Both the position numbers and the translations under genes were made by a program. The notes beneath the pieces were generated by a model that was not told the DNA's origin, ran no database searches, and saw only the letters and a program-made list of their open reading frames with translations. Source: Schmidtea nova (Eukaryota). Taken from it: a stretch of DNA of 64,000 nt. The stretch's first letter is position 1, and each line of letters starts with the position of its first letter. The stretch is from contig CM097882.1 in assembly GCA_044892505.1 (NCBI GenBank), positions 321,966,001-322,030,000 of the forward strand, in the 5' to 3' direction. Shown here in pieces: positions 50,765 through 63,135 of this stretch.

Positions 50765-51292
50765 CAGCGCCGTACTATCGCAAGTGAAACAAGTGCAATG
50801 GCACTGGGCCCCTATTTTTGAGGGGCCTCCAAATATTAAATACATTGGAAAAACTTCTCCATTAGCAAAAATATATTTTAGAAGATAATTATACTATTAT
50901 AGAGAATTTGGAATACATTTTAGAAAGAAGTTTGGAAGAATTAGATCCAAATGTATGTATAATATATCAAATAATTTTAACAGTACCCATTTTACCTTTG
51001 CTCATTGTGAACGATCGTTTTCAAAACTAAAATTAATTGAAAATTATCTACGGTCTACAATGTCACAGGAAAGATTTCCTGGATTGGCAATACTGCCGAT
51101 TGGAAATGTAACAGCCAGAGCAATTGATTACAATGATATAATTAATTAATTTGCCAGCAAAAAAGATAGAAAAATTACTTTATAATTGCTTTCTATTATT
51201 TTTTTAAATAAAATCAATAAAAAATTAATTCAAATTTTAAAAAATTTTTTTAGTTTCTGCACAGGGCCCCCAAAAGTTACAGCACGACGCTG
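50765..51292 (+). mobile_element. Non-autonomous hAT element with 8-bp TSD
   Basis: TSD CGTATAAG at 50757-50764 and 51293-51300; TIRs cagcgccgtac / gcacgacgctg; hAT dimerisation motif CERSFSKLKLIENYLRSTMSQERFPGLAIL. Confidence 0.92.
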
Positions 51293-51964
51293 CGTATAAG
51301 TCGCTACTTTTTTTCGTTAAAAATACAAGTGCGACTAATATAAAGAAGCGACTTATATGATAATTTTTATTTTTTTTCTAACCAAACCAACAAATGTCCA
51401 GCCAAATTTCCAGAAAAAATAACAAAAAATTGAAAAGTTATAATAAATTGTGTTCAAATAAATGTTCGCTATTGTTTTTTCTTAATTATTCACCACGTGC
51501 TTCAGCGTTCGTCAGATGTCATCTCTATGCACAGTTATATAGCGTTTAATAAGTTTTTAAGTGATTACATTAGAATGAATACTTCTTTATGAAGATCGTT
51601 CGGCAGTTGACAAGTCTACACTAACCTGAGACAGGCTTTTTAATGCTGTAGATAACTTCAAAGTAAATAATAACGACTTATGCTGGGCATTGCTGACGAA
51701 CAACTTCAAACAATATGTATCAAATGAAAGCAAGTTTAAAATTTGTACAGCGGTTCGCAATAGTTTCTTTGTTGTAGTAAGTTCACTGTAGCGTGAATAG
51801 TGCCTTTGAAGATCGCTCAGGTTGTGGGTTCGAATCGTGTAGACAGGTATATAAATACGAAGCGTTCTTAAAATCATTTAGAAAAAAAGTTAGCTTCAAA
51901 TATATTACTGAGTCCTGAGAATCTTTCTATAGAGTTTTTAATAAAAAAATTAATTTTTTTAATA

Positions 51965-52900
51965 ATGGCGCCTAGAACTTTGCAAAAAAGTTATGATGCA
52001 GCATTTAAGTTAAACGTTATAGCTTTTGCGAAAGACAATGGAAATCGAGCTGCAGAAAGACAATTCAATGTCAGTGAGAAGATTGTGCGGGACTGGCGAA
52101 AGAAAGAAAACGAGTTGCGATTGACCAAAAAATCAAAGAAGGCCAATCGCGGTGGCCAAGCAAAGTGGCCAGTTCTCGAGGACAGTCAACGACAATGGAT
52201 TGTGGAACAGCGTGCTGCTGGTCATGGACTATCCACAGTTCAAGTTCGACTTAATGCGAAGTCATTGGTGAAGGATAGCAACATAACCGATTTTTCAGGC
52301 GGCCCTAGTTGGTGCTTTCGGTTCATGCGTCGTCATAACCTGTCTATCCGGGCACGAACGACAATGTGCCAAACGTTACCTGATGACTTCATGAAGAAAT
52401 TAGAAAGCTTTCGAAATTACGTGGCCATGGCGATTGCTGAGCATACAGTCAGAGACGATCATTTTATAAATATGGATGAAGTTCCACTCACTTTCGATAT
52501 ACCGATGAGCAGAAGCGTGGAAGAAAAAGGTGTTAAGACTGTCAATATCCGAACAACGGGGCATGAGAAGTCCCACTTCACAGTCGTACTGGCATGCTGT
52601 GGAAGTGGAGCTAAACTGCCTCTGATGATCATTTTCAAACGCAAGACGAAACCAAAGGATGCGCTTCCACCGAATGTTATCATTAAGTATAACTCGAAGG
52701 GATGGATGGATGAAGATATGATGATTTATTGGCTTCAGCAATGCTACAGCAAACGACCGGATGACTTTTTTAAGAAAGAAAAGGCCATACTTATTATGGA
52801 CAGTATGCGAGCCCACTTAACAGAAGGCGTCAAAAAGAAAATCAAGTCAATGAATACCATTCCGATAATAATACCTGGTGGAATGACGAAAATGCTGTAA
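51965..52900 (+). pseudogene. pogo/POGK-like transposase (Brinker-type DBD, CENP-B HTH, DDE), C-terminally truncated
   Basis: YDAAFKLNVIAFA..VRDWRK; GGPSWCFRFMRRHNLSIR; NMDEVP; KGWMD; IMDSMRAH; IPGGMT then stop before the last catalytic Asp. Confidence 0.9.
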
Positions 52901-53015
52901 CCTCTTGTCTTCTCTGACAATGTTTTGCGGTGGGTTTGGCACACTAAGGGACCGCGAAAAGTTTTTCTATGGGCTCTAGCATTCTATTCAATTAAAAAAT
53001 TAAATGGTCGGAGAA

Positions 53016-53455
53016 GTGCAGATCTTGCTTAAACTTTAACTGGAAAAACCATAACTTTAGAAGTTACGTGCAGCGATGCAATTGAAAGTGTGAAAGCTAA
53101 AATACAAGATAATGTAGACATTCCACCAGATTTTTACCGGTAAACAATTAGAAATGGAAGGACTTTATCAGATTATAATATTCAAAAAGAATCTCTACTA
53201 CATTTGGTTTTGCGTCTTCGAGGTGGCATGCAAATATTTGTGAAAACATTAACAGTAAAAACTATTACCCTTGAATTTGAATCAAGTGACACGTTAGAAA
53301 ACGTAAAGGCAAAAGACCAAGACAAAGTAGGAATTCCGACTCTGCAGCAAAGATTAATTTATGTTGTCAGATAATTAGAGGGGCACCGAAAATTATCAGA
53401 CTATAAGGTTGTTAATGAGTCCACCATTAATTTGATCCTACGTTTAAGAGGAAGT
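53016..53455 (+). pseudogene. Degenerate di-ubiquitin
   Basis: Unit 1 (frameshifted) ends HLVLRLRGG at 53227; unit 2 [37 protein letters not shown] at 53228-53455 with an internal stop. Confidence 0.92.
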
Positions 53456-56208
53456 GGTATTGAAGATGATGATGAGTACAGAAATTTATGGACTCGTCGG
53501 CGTTCTCGAAAATGGAAAGTAACTCGAGCGCGTAATTTATTGTTGCAGAAATGGTCCGGGATATAAAGGACACACTTGTAGCATATGAGAAAGAGTTTGA
53601 AGAGACATTGGAAGAATGGTTAAGACTTATCGAGTTATGTGACAAATTAATTAAGAATGAGGAATTAGTATTGGTTGAAAAAGATATTTGTGAGCTCAAA
53701 ATTAAGAAGAAAGAGGTAGATAAGTTAATCAAAAAATAACAGAACAAATTATTGTGACCGAGGGATCAAAAACATCGGAATGTGAATCACCAAGGGAAAA
53801 GAAGAGTTTAAATCGGTTGTAGAAAATAAAAATGCCGATTTTCGATGGGAAAATGGTAGAGTTTAAGACGTGGAAAGCTGCCTTTAATACCGGAATAGAC
53901 AAAACAGACGGAACAGCAGAAGATAAAAGGCTGCATCTAAGGCAGTATTTGTTTGGTGAACCTCTGCGAATGATAGAGACACTGGGTTATGCAGCCGAAG
54001 GTTACAAAATGGCGTAAGAGAAATTGGAACTGCGTTACGGAGTTGAAGAAAGTAGTTACCTGACTATTTTAGAAACTGGATAAATTTCGGCCGGTTCACG
54101 AAGGAGAAGTGAAAGATTTGGATATGTTCGTTGGATTGTTGAAATCAATGGAAGTACGGTTTAAAGCAATTGAAAGAGAAGAGGACTTACAGAGATGCTG
54201 TTTACTGCAACAATTGTTGAGAAAACTACCAGCTTCTCTATTTATTCGACGGAAAAGAGTGCAAGCAAAAGAGGAAAGTGAGGAATCAATAACACGGTTA
54301 GGAGTTGTTGCAAAATAAAGCTGATCTAACACGATCGAAAAATGAAACATTATATGGTTTTGGTCGTGAAATAGATTTTAATTGACAATATGGGCAGAAA
54401 TACTTCAAGGCTTCTGAAAAGATTGACAATAGAAGGTACGCACACTTTACAAACTCTTGCAATGTGGTAAAACAAAACTCAAGTAAAGGTGGAGAAGGAA
54501 TAATTATGCAACAAGATAAAAGCAGGTTGATGTGTTTTAAATGTCAGGGTGCGCATTATCTAGATCAATGCTCACAATTCAAAAGATTGTCAGTAAATGA
54601 CAGGAAAAGGGGAGTTCAAGAGTGGAGATTATGTTATAATTGCTTATGAAAACGTCATGGAGTAAGAGAATGCAGCCTGCAAGGGTTTTGTGGGAAAAAA
54701 AACTGTGGAAGAAAACATCATAGCTTGTTATATATTCGAAGAATGAAGAAATCGGAAGAGGACAGCACTCCAAGACCTCAAACACATGTCATTAGGTTGG
54801 TTACAAGTAAAAAGTCAAATGATATGGGTTACATAAATCTCAGGACAATAATACCTATTATTTTAGAAGCCAATAGAAAGAAAATAAGGGTCAACGCATT
54901 ACTAGACGATGCAAGTACGGTTAGTTATGTTAGTATTCATGTTTCTAAAGAATTACATTTGTCAGGATCAAAAGTTAATGTTCCATTTGGGATAATAGGG
55001 GGTAAAAGAAAAAATTTAGAAGCGCAGAGAGTTACAATGAATTTAATGAGTATAGATGGTAGGATCGTCAAAGAATTTCATGCATGGTCGGTAGAGATGG
55101 TACCAAATAAATTTCGAGTGATTGATTGGAAAAACGCAAGTCAGAATTGGGACCATTTGAGACAAATCAGATTTGCAACGGCTGGAAGGAGATTATCAGT
55201 AGCTGCGCTTCTTGGAGCTGACTATGCGTGATTACAAAGAGCAATAAAAGAAATATGTGGACGTGAAGGAGAACCGATAGCTAGATTAATTCCATTGGGA
55301 TGGACTTGCATCGGGAAAGAACAATCAGGTATTCCATGCAGCAGACAGACTCACTTCATTCAGTCTTATTTCACAACAAATGAAGTGCTGTAACAGCAGC
55401 TTCAACAATGCTGGGAAGTTGATAATATTGGGATAGAGGAAGTGAAAATGTCCCCAAATGATTACAAATTGGTTGACCAGTCAAGAAAATAAATAATTAA
55501 AACGTATTAGACATTAGACCCGGAAAAGGTTGCTTTAGAGTAAGAACTGGTTTCAACAAAAATTGCCTTACAAATAAATATCGACAAACTTGAGGACACT
55601 GTTGATGTATTTTCAAAGGAGTTATTTGTTACAAAGAATAGATTAATCGATGCTCTTGACGATAAACAACAATAAATAAAACAAGTTAAAGACAAATTTT
55701 GCAAAGAGAGAAATATAGGAGAAAAGAAAGCTAAAAAACAAGGAAACATTATTGCAGAATACAAATAGATTGCGAAAAGATTCAGTGTAAGGTCCAAAGA
55801 ATCAAAATCATTAAATATCCTTAACAAAGACTATGAGGTCATCGATCATTGGAAAATTATAATATTTGAATGTGAAAAGTGCAATGAAAGACCTCTTTAT
55901 CATTATGTTAAAAATAAGCTAGGGAGTGATGTTAACACTGATGTCGAGCAATCGACGATTAATAATGAAGTTCGTTGGGTTGCCACACGTTTTGGAGGAA
56001 TGTTTGAAGCGATGGTGACGTGTACGACAATAGCGGTTAATACGGTTTTTGAGAAAGTTAATATAACAGCCGAAAATATTGAGTGGTGTATCTATCACAG
56101 TGGAATGAATGCTGAATTCCTGACCGCTGGTGATGCTAAATACGAGTGGAAAAGAAAGAAAGCTAAATGTTACATTGGGGTGGACACTAATGCGTCAAGG
56201 GGGAGGAA
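53456..56208 (+). mobile_element. Degenerate BEL/Pao retrotransposon (Gag, zinc knuckles, protease, integrase fragment, PPT)
   Basis: MPIFDGKMVEFKTWKAAF..LRQYLFGEP; CFKCQGAHYLDQC..CYNCL; NALLDDASTVSYV; FGGMFEAMV; PPT aagggggaggaa at 56197-56208 then TG. Confidence 0.88.
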
Positions 56209-56255
56209 TGGATAATCATGGCTCATGTTGTAAGTCAATGTCTTTAGGTTTACAG

Positions 56256-56825
56256 TCGCGTCTGTGTGCGCACTGATTATAGTTTTTTACTCGCGTCTGT
56301 GTGCGCGTGATTTAGTTGTTGTCGCGTCGGTGTGCGCACGTATTATGGTTTATTTTATCGCGCCTGTGTGCACTTTTGTGATTTTAGGTTTTCGCGTCTA
56401 TGTGTGAACTCTATATTTTTTCTAGCTCACGTTTGTGTGCGCAAATCAACAAGGATTATTAATTTTGTTGAAATTTGATGTTTGATGAAAAATTAAATTT
56501 TTTCGAATACTAAAAATTGTGGTTCATTCGTTGTGGTAATTGTTTTATCAGGTCAGTTTTTTTGGAGTTTTGTGAGGGAATTATAAAAATTTGCTTTAAA
56601 AGTTGTTTTTGAGATTTTGTTTCCAATTACCACTTGGATCAGTAAAACAAACTCCAAATCTAATAAAAAAATTAAATCAATTTTACCAAAAAAAAACAAA
56701 TTACCCAAGCGCACACAGACGCTGATAATTAATTAAAAGCCATGTGCACACAGACGCATACAAAATAAATATTTATTTACGCACACAGACGCAGTACAAA
56801 ATATCAACGCGCACACAGACGCGAG
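56256..56825. mobile_element. Foldback/MITE-like element with repeated cgcgtctgtgtgcgc inverted units
   Basis: About six plus-sense units at 56256-56445 and about four inverted gcgcacacagacgc units at 56708-56825. Confidence 0.75.
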
Positions 56826-56850
56826 GACCATGCCCAGGTAGAAATCACCA

Positions 56851-56898
<48 letters not shown>

Positions 56899-56903
56899 AA
56901 TAA

Positions 56904-58165
56904 TAATTTAACGGTTTTCTATTTTAATTTAACGATTTTATATTTTAATTTAACGAAAATTTATAAAATATTAATAATGTATTAAATAAAGAAAAACTTT
57001 TATGCAAAAAAACTTTTAAATTAAACACCCGAATTATACTAGAAATCTTACATTTTTATTCCTTTTAGAGCATATGACCTTACGTGGCGAAAAAAAACCT
57101 TCACAATCCAAACCTGAAATTAAACCGGAGGATTCATTAATTAAAGAATATAATTCTTCTCTTGTGTTTGGATTCCCTTGAGCAATATAATGCTTCCACT
57201 TGCTAAAACCTCTTCGATCGGATTTAACTGAGGCAAATGTTGGAGGCAAGAATTTTAATCCAAATCCGCTTGACTGTAAAAAAATTCTTCACTTTTATGA
57301 ATCGATGCGTTATCCAAAATAATGATCCGAGATAAAACATCACTTTCCTTCAAGACACCCACCAATTCTTTACGAAATTCAAAAAACTTAAAGGAATTAT
57401 ACGAAGAATCGTTGATTTTAAAATGTTTAAAGCCATTTTTCATTATCGCAGCACATACCGAAAAGTTTTTACTACTTATTGTTCGCACAGGTTTTCGTGC
57501 CTGGGATCCAACAATACTTCTCCCATATTTCACACGTGTACTACGACTTACACCAAACTCATCTACAAAAATTATTTTTTCTTCGTCATAGAGAACATAA
57601 TCAGAACAATATATCTCTCTACAGTTTTTATTTTCATTTGTATTCGGGACTCTGATACAAATGAAATTCTTTTAATGGAATAGTTCAATTCCTTTAATGA
57701 CTTGCTTATCGTAGACAAACACACGGCTACTGCCAACTCGTCATTTAATTTACCTTTTAGTTTCTTCAAATGCACGCTTATATCATTATTAATTGCAGCA
57801 GTTACAAGATTCTTTACATCTAAAGTCATTTTCTTTCTACGCGGCAATCTTTTCTTTTTCGCTTCCACTCTCCCAGTCTGTTTGTACAGTCTAATCACCG
57901 AAGCCACTGTATTCTGATTCAAATCAAGGTCTTTTGCTATTTCTTTTGGGCCTTTACCTCCTTGGATTTTTTTCAGAATGAATTCTCGCGTGCATGTTTC
58001 CAGTGGTTTTTTTCTCGCCATGATTTTAAATTTTTTAAATTTATTTACAGTTAATAAATTGATTCACGAGCAATAAATTTATATTTTTATTAAATTAATT
58101 TAAAATAGAAAATCGTTAAATTAAAATAGAAAACCGTTAAATTAAAATGGAAACCCGTTAAATTA
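56904..58165 (-). mobile_element. Tc1/IS630-like DDE transposon, frameshifted
   Basis: TIRs made of three ~20-bp taatttaacg.. units at each end; HTH (KEIAKDLDLNQNTVASVIRLY), FVDE, ILDNASIH, and PQLNPIEE in a shifted frame. Confidence 0.9.
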
Positions 58166-58495
58166 TGCTGCAAGCACTGTATTATTAATATCAATAATTT
58201 ACATAATGTAAGACTCTAGATCAAAAGAAACAGTTTTAAACAAGTACTCAATATTTTAAAGCAGCTTTTATCAAGTACACTTTATCAAACACACTTGATA
58301 AAGGCTATGTCAAAATATTGTGTACTTGTTTAAAAGATTTTTTGATCTAGTCTTACCATTATGGATATTATTGATATTAATAAAAAAAATCAAAGATGAA
58401 ACAAAAAATAATTATGATATTATTATTATTATCAATGTTATTATTATCAATAATTCTCATAATGACTATAGATCAAATTTTTTTTATAAACAATA

Positions 58496-58528
58496 ACACA
58501 ATATTTCGGCACAGCCTTTATCAAGTGT
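58496..58528 (-). ncRNA. Minimal type I hammerhead ribozyme motif (U3:A8 variant) in Penelope 3' end
   Basis: ACAC-TTGATAA-A-GGC tgt GCC-GAAA-TA-TT-GTGT: stem I ACAC/GTGT, stem II GGC/GCC, palindromic stem III AATATT; one extra A in the core. Confidence 0.6.
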
Positions 58529-60617
58529 GTATTTCTATCGTTATATTTACTTAATCCTAAATAGTAGCCTTACTTATTTTTTTAATATTTTATAATGATT
58601 TTATTGGATGAAAAAATTTATTTTAATTTTTTTGTGCGAATTGAATGTTGATGGACGGTTTGTATTTTTTATGTAAAAAGTCTCGGAAGCTAATCTTTGT
58701 AATGAATTTTTGAATCCCTCTTGTAGAATCTGGCATTTTGTTTCTTCTATAGATGGAGTTGTTTTATGTACTTTCTCCCAGTGTTCGTAATAATTACTGG
58801 TTTTGTTTTTAGTGTGTTCATTAAGTCGGGTGCGAAAAGTTCTATGTGTTTCTCCTATGTAAGTAGCGTCACATTTTTTGACAAGAAAGTTTATATACTA
58901 TATTTTTGGAAAAGCAAAAGCATCGGGTTGTGGAACGGCAAAGACATTTATGTTTGGAGAGGTTGGAAATTGGTGGCTTTCGGAGTTGTGATTTTAACGG
59001 TGCGGAGGTTATGAACGTTGGACGGATGTGGATAGGCAAATCTGTTTGATTAAAAATTTTGGTGATTTTGTTGGCTGTAGTGTCATTTAGGAAAGGTAAT
59101 CTTAGATATGTTGTGTGTTTGTTATTGTTATTGTGTTTCTGGCGTTTCCTATTGTTGCGTTTATTGTGGTATGGTTCGTTAAGGAAGTGTTTCTTTACAA
59201 AGTCTTCAGGGTATCCATTTTGGAGGAATCGTATTTTGAAGTTTTCTAATGTTTCTTGTATTTTGTTTGAGTCTGAACAGTTTCTTATGGCTCGTTTTCT
59301 TTCTCCTATTAGTAATGCGATTTTGCGTTGAAGTGGAACGTAGCTTTTTCATGGGAGGATATGACCACTATGTAAACTTTTAGAATATAGCTCGGTGTTT
59401 GCATTTAGTGTATCTTGGCCTTTTGTGAAACTTACCATGGTATCTAAAAACGGTATTTTACCTTCTGTGTTCGGTGTTTCAAAAGTGAATTGTATGTTGG
59501 TGTTAGTAGAATTTGCGTGTGATAGGATTTGATTGAGAGGGATGGTGGAGACTATGAAGATGTCGTCGATGTATCGTTTCCAGAAAAGTATTTTGTCCCC
59601 AAAAAAAGATATGATCTTAGATTCTATAAAGTTCATGTAGAAGATGGCTAAGATGGGAGAAAGGTTATTACCCATGGCTAATCCATGAATTTGTTTGAAT
59701 GGTTTTTCTTTAATTATGACAGTATCTGAATTTATTGCTAATTTTAGAAGTTCTATAAAGTCTTGTTTAGTTAAGTCTGCGAGGTCAGTGTTGGCTTTAT
59801 GAGTTTCAAAGAAAGAAGCTGCGATATCGAAAATGTTATTCTCTTCGTGAAGAGGAATAGATCCGTAAAGATTGGAAACATCAAGAGATCCCCAGAAGTA
59901 CTGTTGTCCTGCGTTTAACGGAAGAGACGTATTTGTAATTTCGGAGACGAATTCAGTAGTGTTTTTAGGATGAGAAGGAACCAAAGGCAAAAGTGTTTTT
60001 AGGATTTCTGAAAGAACAATAACAAACACACAACATATCTAACATTACCTTTCCTAAATGACACTACAGCCAACAAAATCACCAACATTTTTAATCAAAC
60101 AGATTTGCCTATTCACATCCGTCCAACGTTCGAAACCTCCGCACCGTTAAAATCACAACTCCGAAAGCCACCAATTTCCAACCTCTCCAAACATAAAATG
60201 TCTTTGCCGTTCCACAACCCGATGCTTTTGCTTTTACAAAAATATAGTATATAAACTTTCTTGTCAAAAAATGTGACGCTACTTACATAGGAGAAACACA
60301 TAGAACTTTTCGCACCCGACTTAATGAACACACTAAAAACAAAACCAGTAATTATTACGAACACTGGGAGAAAGTACACAAAACAACTCCATCTACAGAA
60401 GAAACAAAATGCCAGATTCTACAAGAGGGATTCAAAAATTCATTACAAAGATTAGCTTTCGAGACTTTTTACATAAAAAAATACAAACCGTCAATCAACA
60501 TTCAATTCGCACAAAAAAATTAAAATAAATTTTTTCATCCAATAAAATCATTATAAAATATTAAAAAAATAAGTAAGGCTACTATTTAGGATTAAGTAAA
60601 TATAACGATAGAAATAC

Positions 60618-60650
60618 ACACTTGATAAAGGCTGTGCCGAAATATTGTGT
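60618..60650 (+). ncRNA. Minimal hammerhead ribozyme motif, inverted copy
   Basis: Same 33-nt motif as 58496-58528 on the opposite strand. Confidence 0.6.
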
Positions 60651-61919
60651 TATTGTTTATAAAAAAAAATTTGATCTAGTCATTATGAGAATTATTGACA
60701 ATAATAATAAAAAAAGATCAAAGGTGAAAAAGATAATTATGATATTATGAATATTATTATTATTATTATAATCATCATCTAGATTGCAATTCAACAATTT
60801 TATGATGAGGACTAAAAATAAAACTTTGAAAAAAGATTTAATAAGTCGCAAAAACAGATCTAAAAACTCAATTTGTTTAAATTGATAAAATCATTTAACT
60901 AAAAATTGAAAATTGAAATGTTTTAATAAAAATTATCAATTTAAATATATATTTCAAAATTTAAATAAAATTAAAACTAAATAAATTACGGCCTGAATTA
61001 TTAACAGATCATTTTGATAGTGAGTGACATCTGAGATTAATTGAATGAATTCAGTCCATTGCAAATCGTGTATTAATCTCGCTGATTGTTTCAGCAGTAA
61101 CTATTCTGTAACAATTAATTTTAAATTATTAAATATCAAGAAATAAATTAATTATTCGATGAACTGATAGTGCGAAGAAAAAATTTGATTTTAATTTAAT
61201 TACTTAAACAATCATGGCAACGATTTAATTAATGAAAAACACCATTTATACAATATACGAACTATATATTTGGACAGACTCGAATTTAACATAGTTTTTT
61301 GCTTTCTGGACCCCTCAAGATATCTGGGAGTCTGCCGAAATATATAATTTGTATGTTGTATGAATGGCGTTTTTCATTAATTTAATTCAATTGATTCCTT
61401 CATCATTTGATACTGTGTATATAGTGAATACAAATTCATGCTCAATACTGTCCAAGAAACATCAGTGTAGGGGGAAGAAAAAATTAGTTCCTAAACATTT
61501 TTTCTCCATCCAGAACACGTACTTGTTTTAACTTTTTAATTTATTTTGTATATTTAATTTATTTAATACAATCCTAATTAAAAACAAACACCAATCCTAG
61601 TATATATTTTGCACAATATATTTCGAGAACTTAATTCTCTTCATCAGGTGCTACCCAATCTTCCATTAAAATATAAATCAAATAAATCTATTTTTCGAAC
61701 GAACTAATATTAATTTTTAAAATAAAATGTATTTTTATAAATTCTATAAAATAGTCAAAAACTTTAAAACGATTAAAAATTTTTTAATTTAAATAAATTA
61801 ATCTTAAAAATATAATATTCTCTATTTACAAAAAAATAATTTTTTAAGAATTTATTATAAATATTTTCATATTTATAAACAACAGAATGATTGAAAACAA
61901 AATCCATAATCCTCAATTG

Positions 61920-62290
61920 AAAATGCTCTAATACTCGAGTACAGAAAAGACGGCCAGTCTTGTCCAAAGTATGTGGCATTTCGCCCATGACATTTGAAAA
62001 ATTAAACGAGTATAGAACACAAATCAAAAGAAAAAAATATACATCAACAACCAGATCAGTTAATTTACTTAAACTGCAAAAAATGAGGCAAACACTCGTA
62101 CTCAAAACTCTCACTCACATACTCACAAACATCGATATGACTGAAAACAACACTAAATCCCATTAATTGACTCCGCTCTGAAACTCGAATACAGAGAAGA
62201 CGCCCAGTCTTTTCCAATTTATGTGGCATTTCACCCATGACGTTTGAAAATATAAACGAGAACAGAACAAAGAGCAATACAGAAAACTTA
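61920..62290 (-). mobile_element. Two tandem degenerate Penelope GIY-YIG fragments
   Basis: With one frameshift LYSF-KCHG..ATYFG-KTGRLFCTRVLEH; the unit is repeated at ~61925 and ~62135. Confidence 0.65.
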
Positions 62291-62747
62291 GAATCGCCAA
62301 CAATCACATCAATTAATTCATAAATAAGAGAATAAGAGAAATAATCAGCACGAATGTAAACCTCATCATTAAATCGAAATACTAATTTGACAATGTAAAA
62401 CTCGAATTATAAAAATTAAATACAAACTTTTTCCTAGACACTTTCAAAGAATACCGGAACTGAAAGATAATTGTTTTAATAATTGTCCTAATTGTTTTTT
62501 TTTCTAAATATTTTTTGTTAAATCGAAATTTATAATTTTACGCAACTAATTTCTATTTTTTGATGTCGTTTCTATCATGAGCTATGAAACTTTAAAATAA
62601 CCATTCCACAAGAAAATATTTTGCTCATTGATGGAAAAGAATTTGACAGCGAATTTTTGCTAAACGAAGTGGTAAAATAAAATAATGGGCAAATGCCTTG
62701 ATTTTATTTCTTTTAAACATTTTTTGGATGATGTTAGTATCTTCTTT

Positions 62748-63135
62748 TCCCGAACTTCGGGTATTAATTGCGTCAATCATTAAATAATTAATTAAAATAA
62801 CAAAATTTCAAATCTGTATTTTTTACAACAATTATTCAAACAACGTTAGGAGATTCAAATAAATATGTAAATTTTCTTGCCAGAATTTTCATACAGAACA
62901 TTCATACATACATTCAACATACGATTTTTAATTAATTACAGCTATATTTTAATAAACCTATATATTTAATAAAAACTTTAATAAGACTTTTTATAGTACA
63001 TTTTAAATTTGATTTTAAATATTCTAATTATTAAAATCTTTACTGATAATCATTTTTATTTTTTATGTTTTCTTTGCAAAATACTTTTTTATTAAAATAA
63101 TTTTATAAAAATCTTTAGAGTATTTTTAAACATCT
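62748..63135. repeat. Inverted copy of the repeat at 1-394
   Basis: Direct reverse-complement comparison. Confidence 0.85.

Larger units (their letters stand above)
50742..52900 (+). mobile_element. pogo-family DNA transposon, 3'-truncated, left end interrupted by a hAT element
   Basis: Left end taccgtattttttgtcgtataag|tcgc; transposase ORF 51965-52900. Confidence 0.8.
58440..60760 (-). mobile_element. Penelope-like element (RT plus GIY-YIG), 5'-truncated, with inverted 3' duplication
   Basis: Minus-strand RT SLDVSNLYGSIP..GLAMGNNLSP..RYIDD..FLD; one in-frame TGA at 59349-59351, then NIVYKLSCQKCDATYIGETHRTFRTRLNEH; 60023-60690 is the reverse complement of ~58470-59128. Confidence 0.93.

Noticed and set aside
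62730-62765. Helitron 3' end (cccgaagttcggg hairpin plus CTAA on the minus strand)
   Set aside because: CTAA is followed by C rather than T, and no TC 5' end or Rep/helicase is visible.
1-63135. One giant TIR element bounded by the inverted repeats at 1-394 and 62748-63135
   Set aside because: The interior is a mosaic of unrelated elements and a host gene; ends are cut by window and gap; two copies of a dispersed repeat is simpler.
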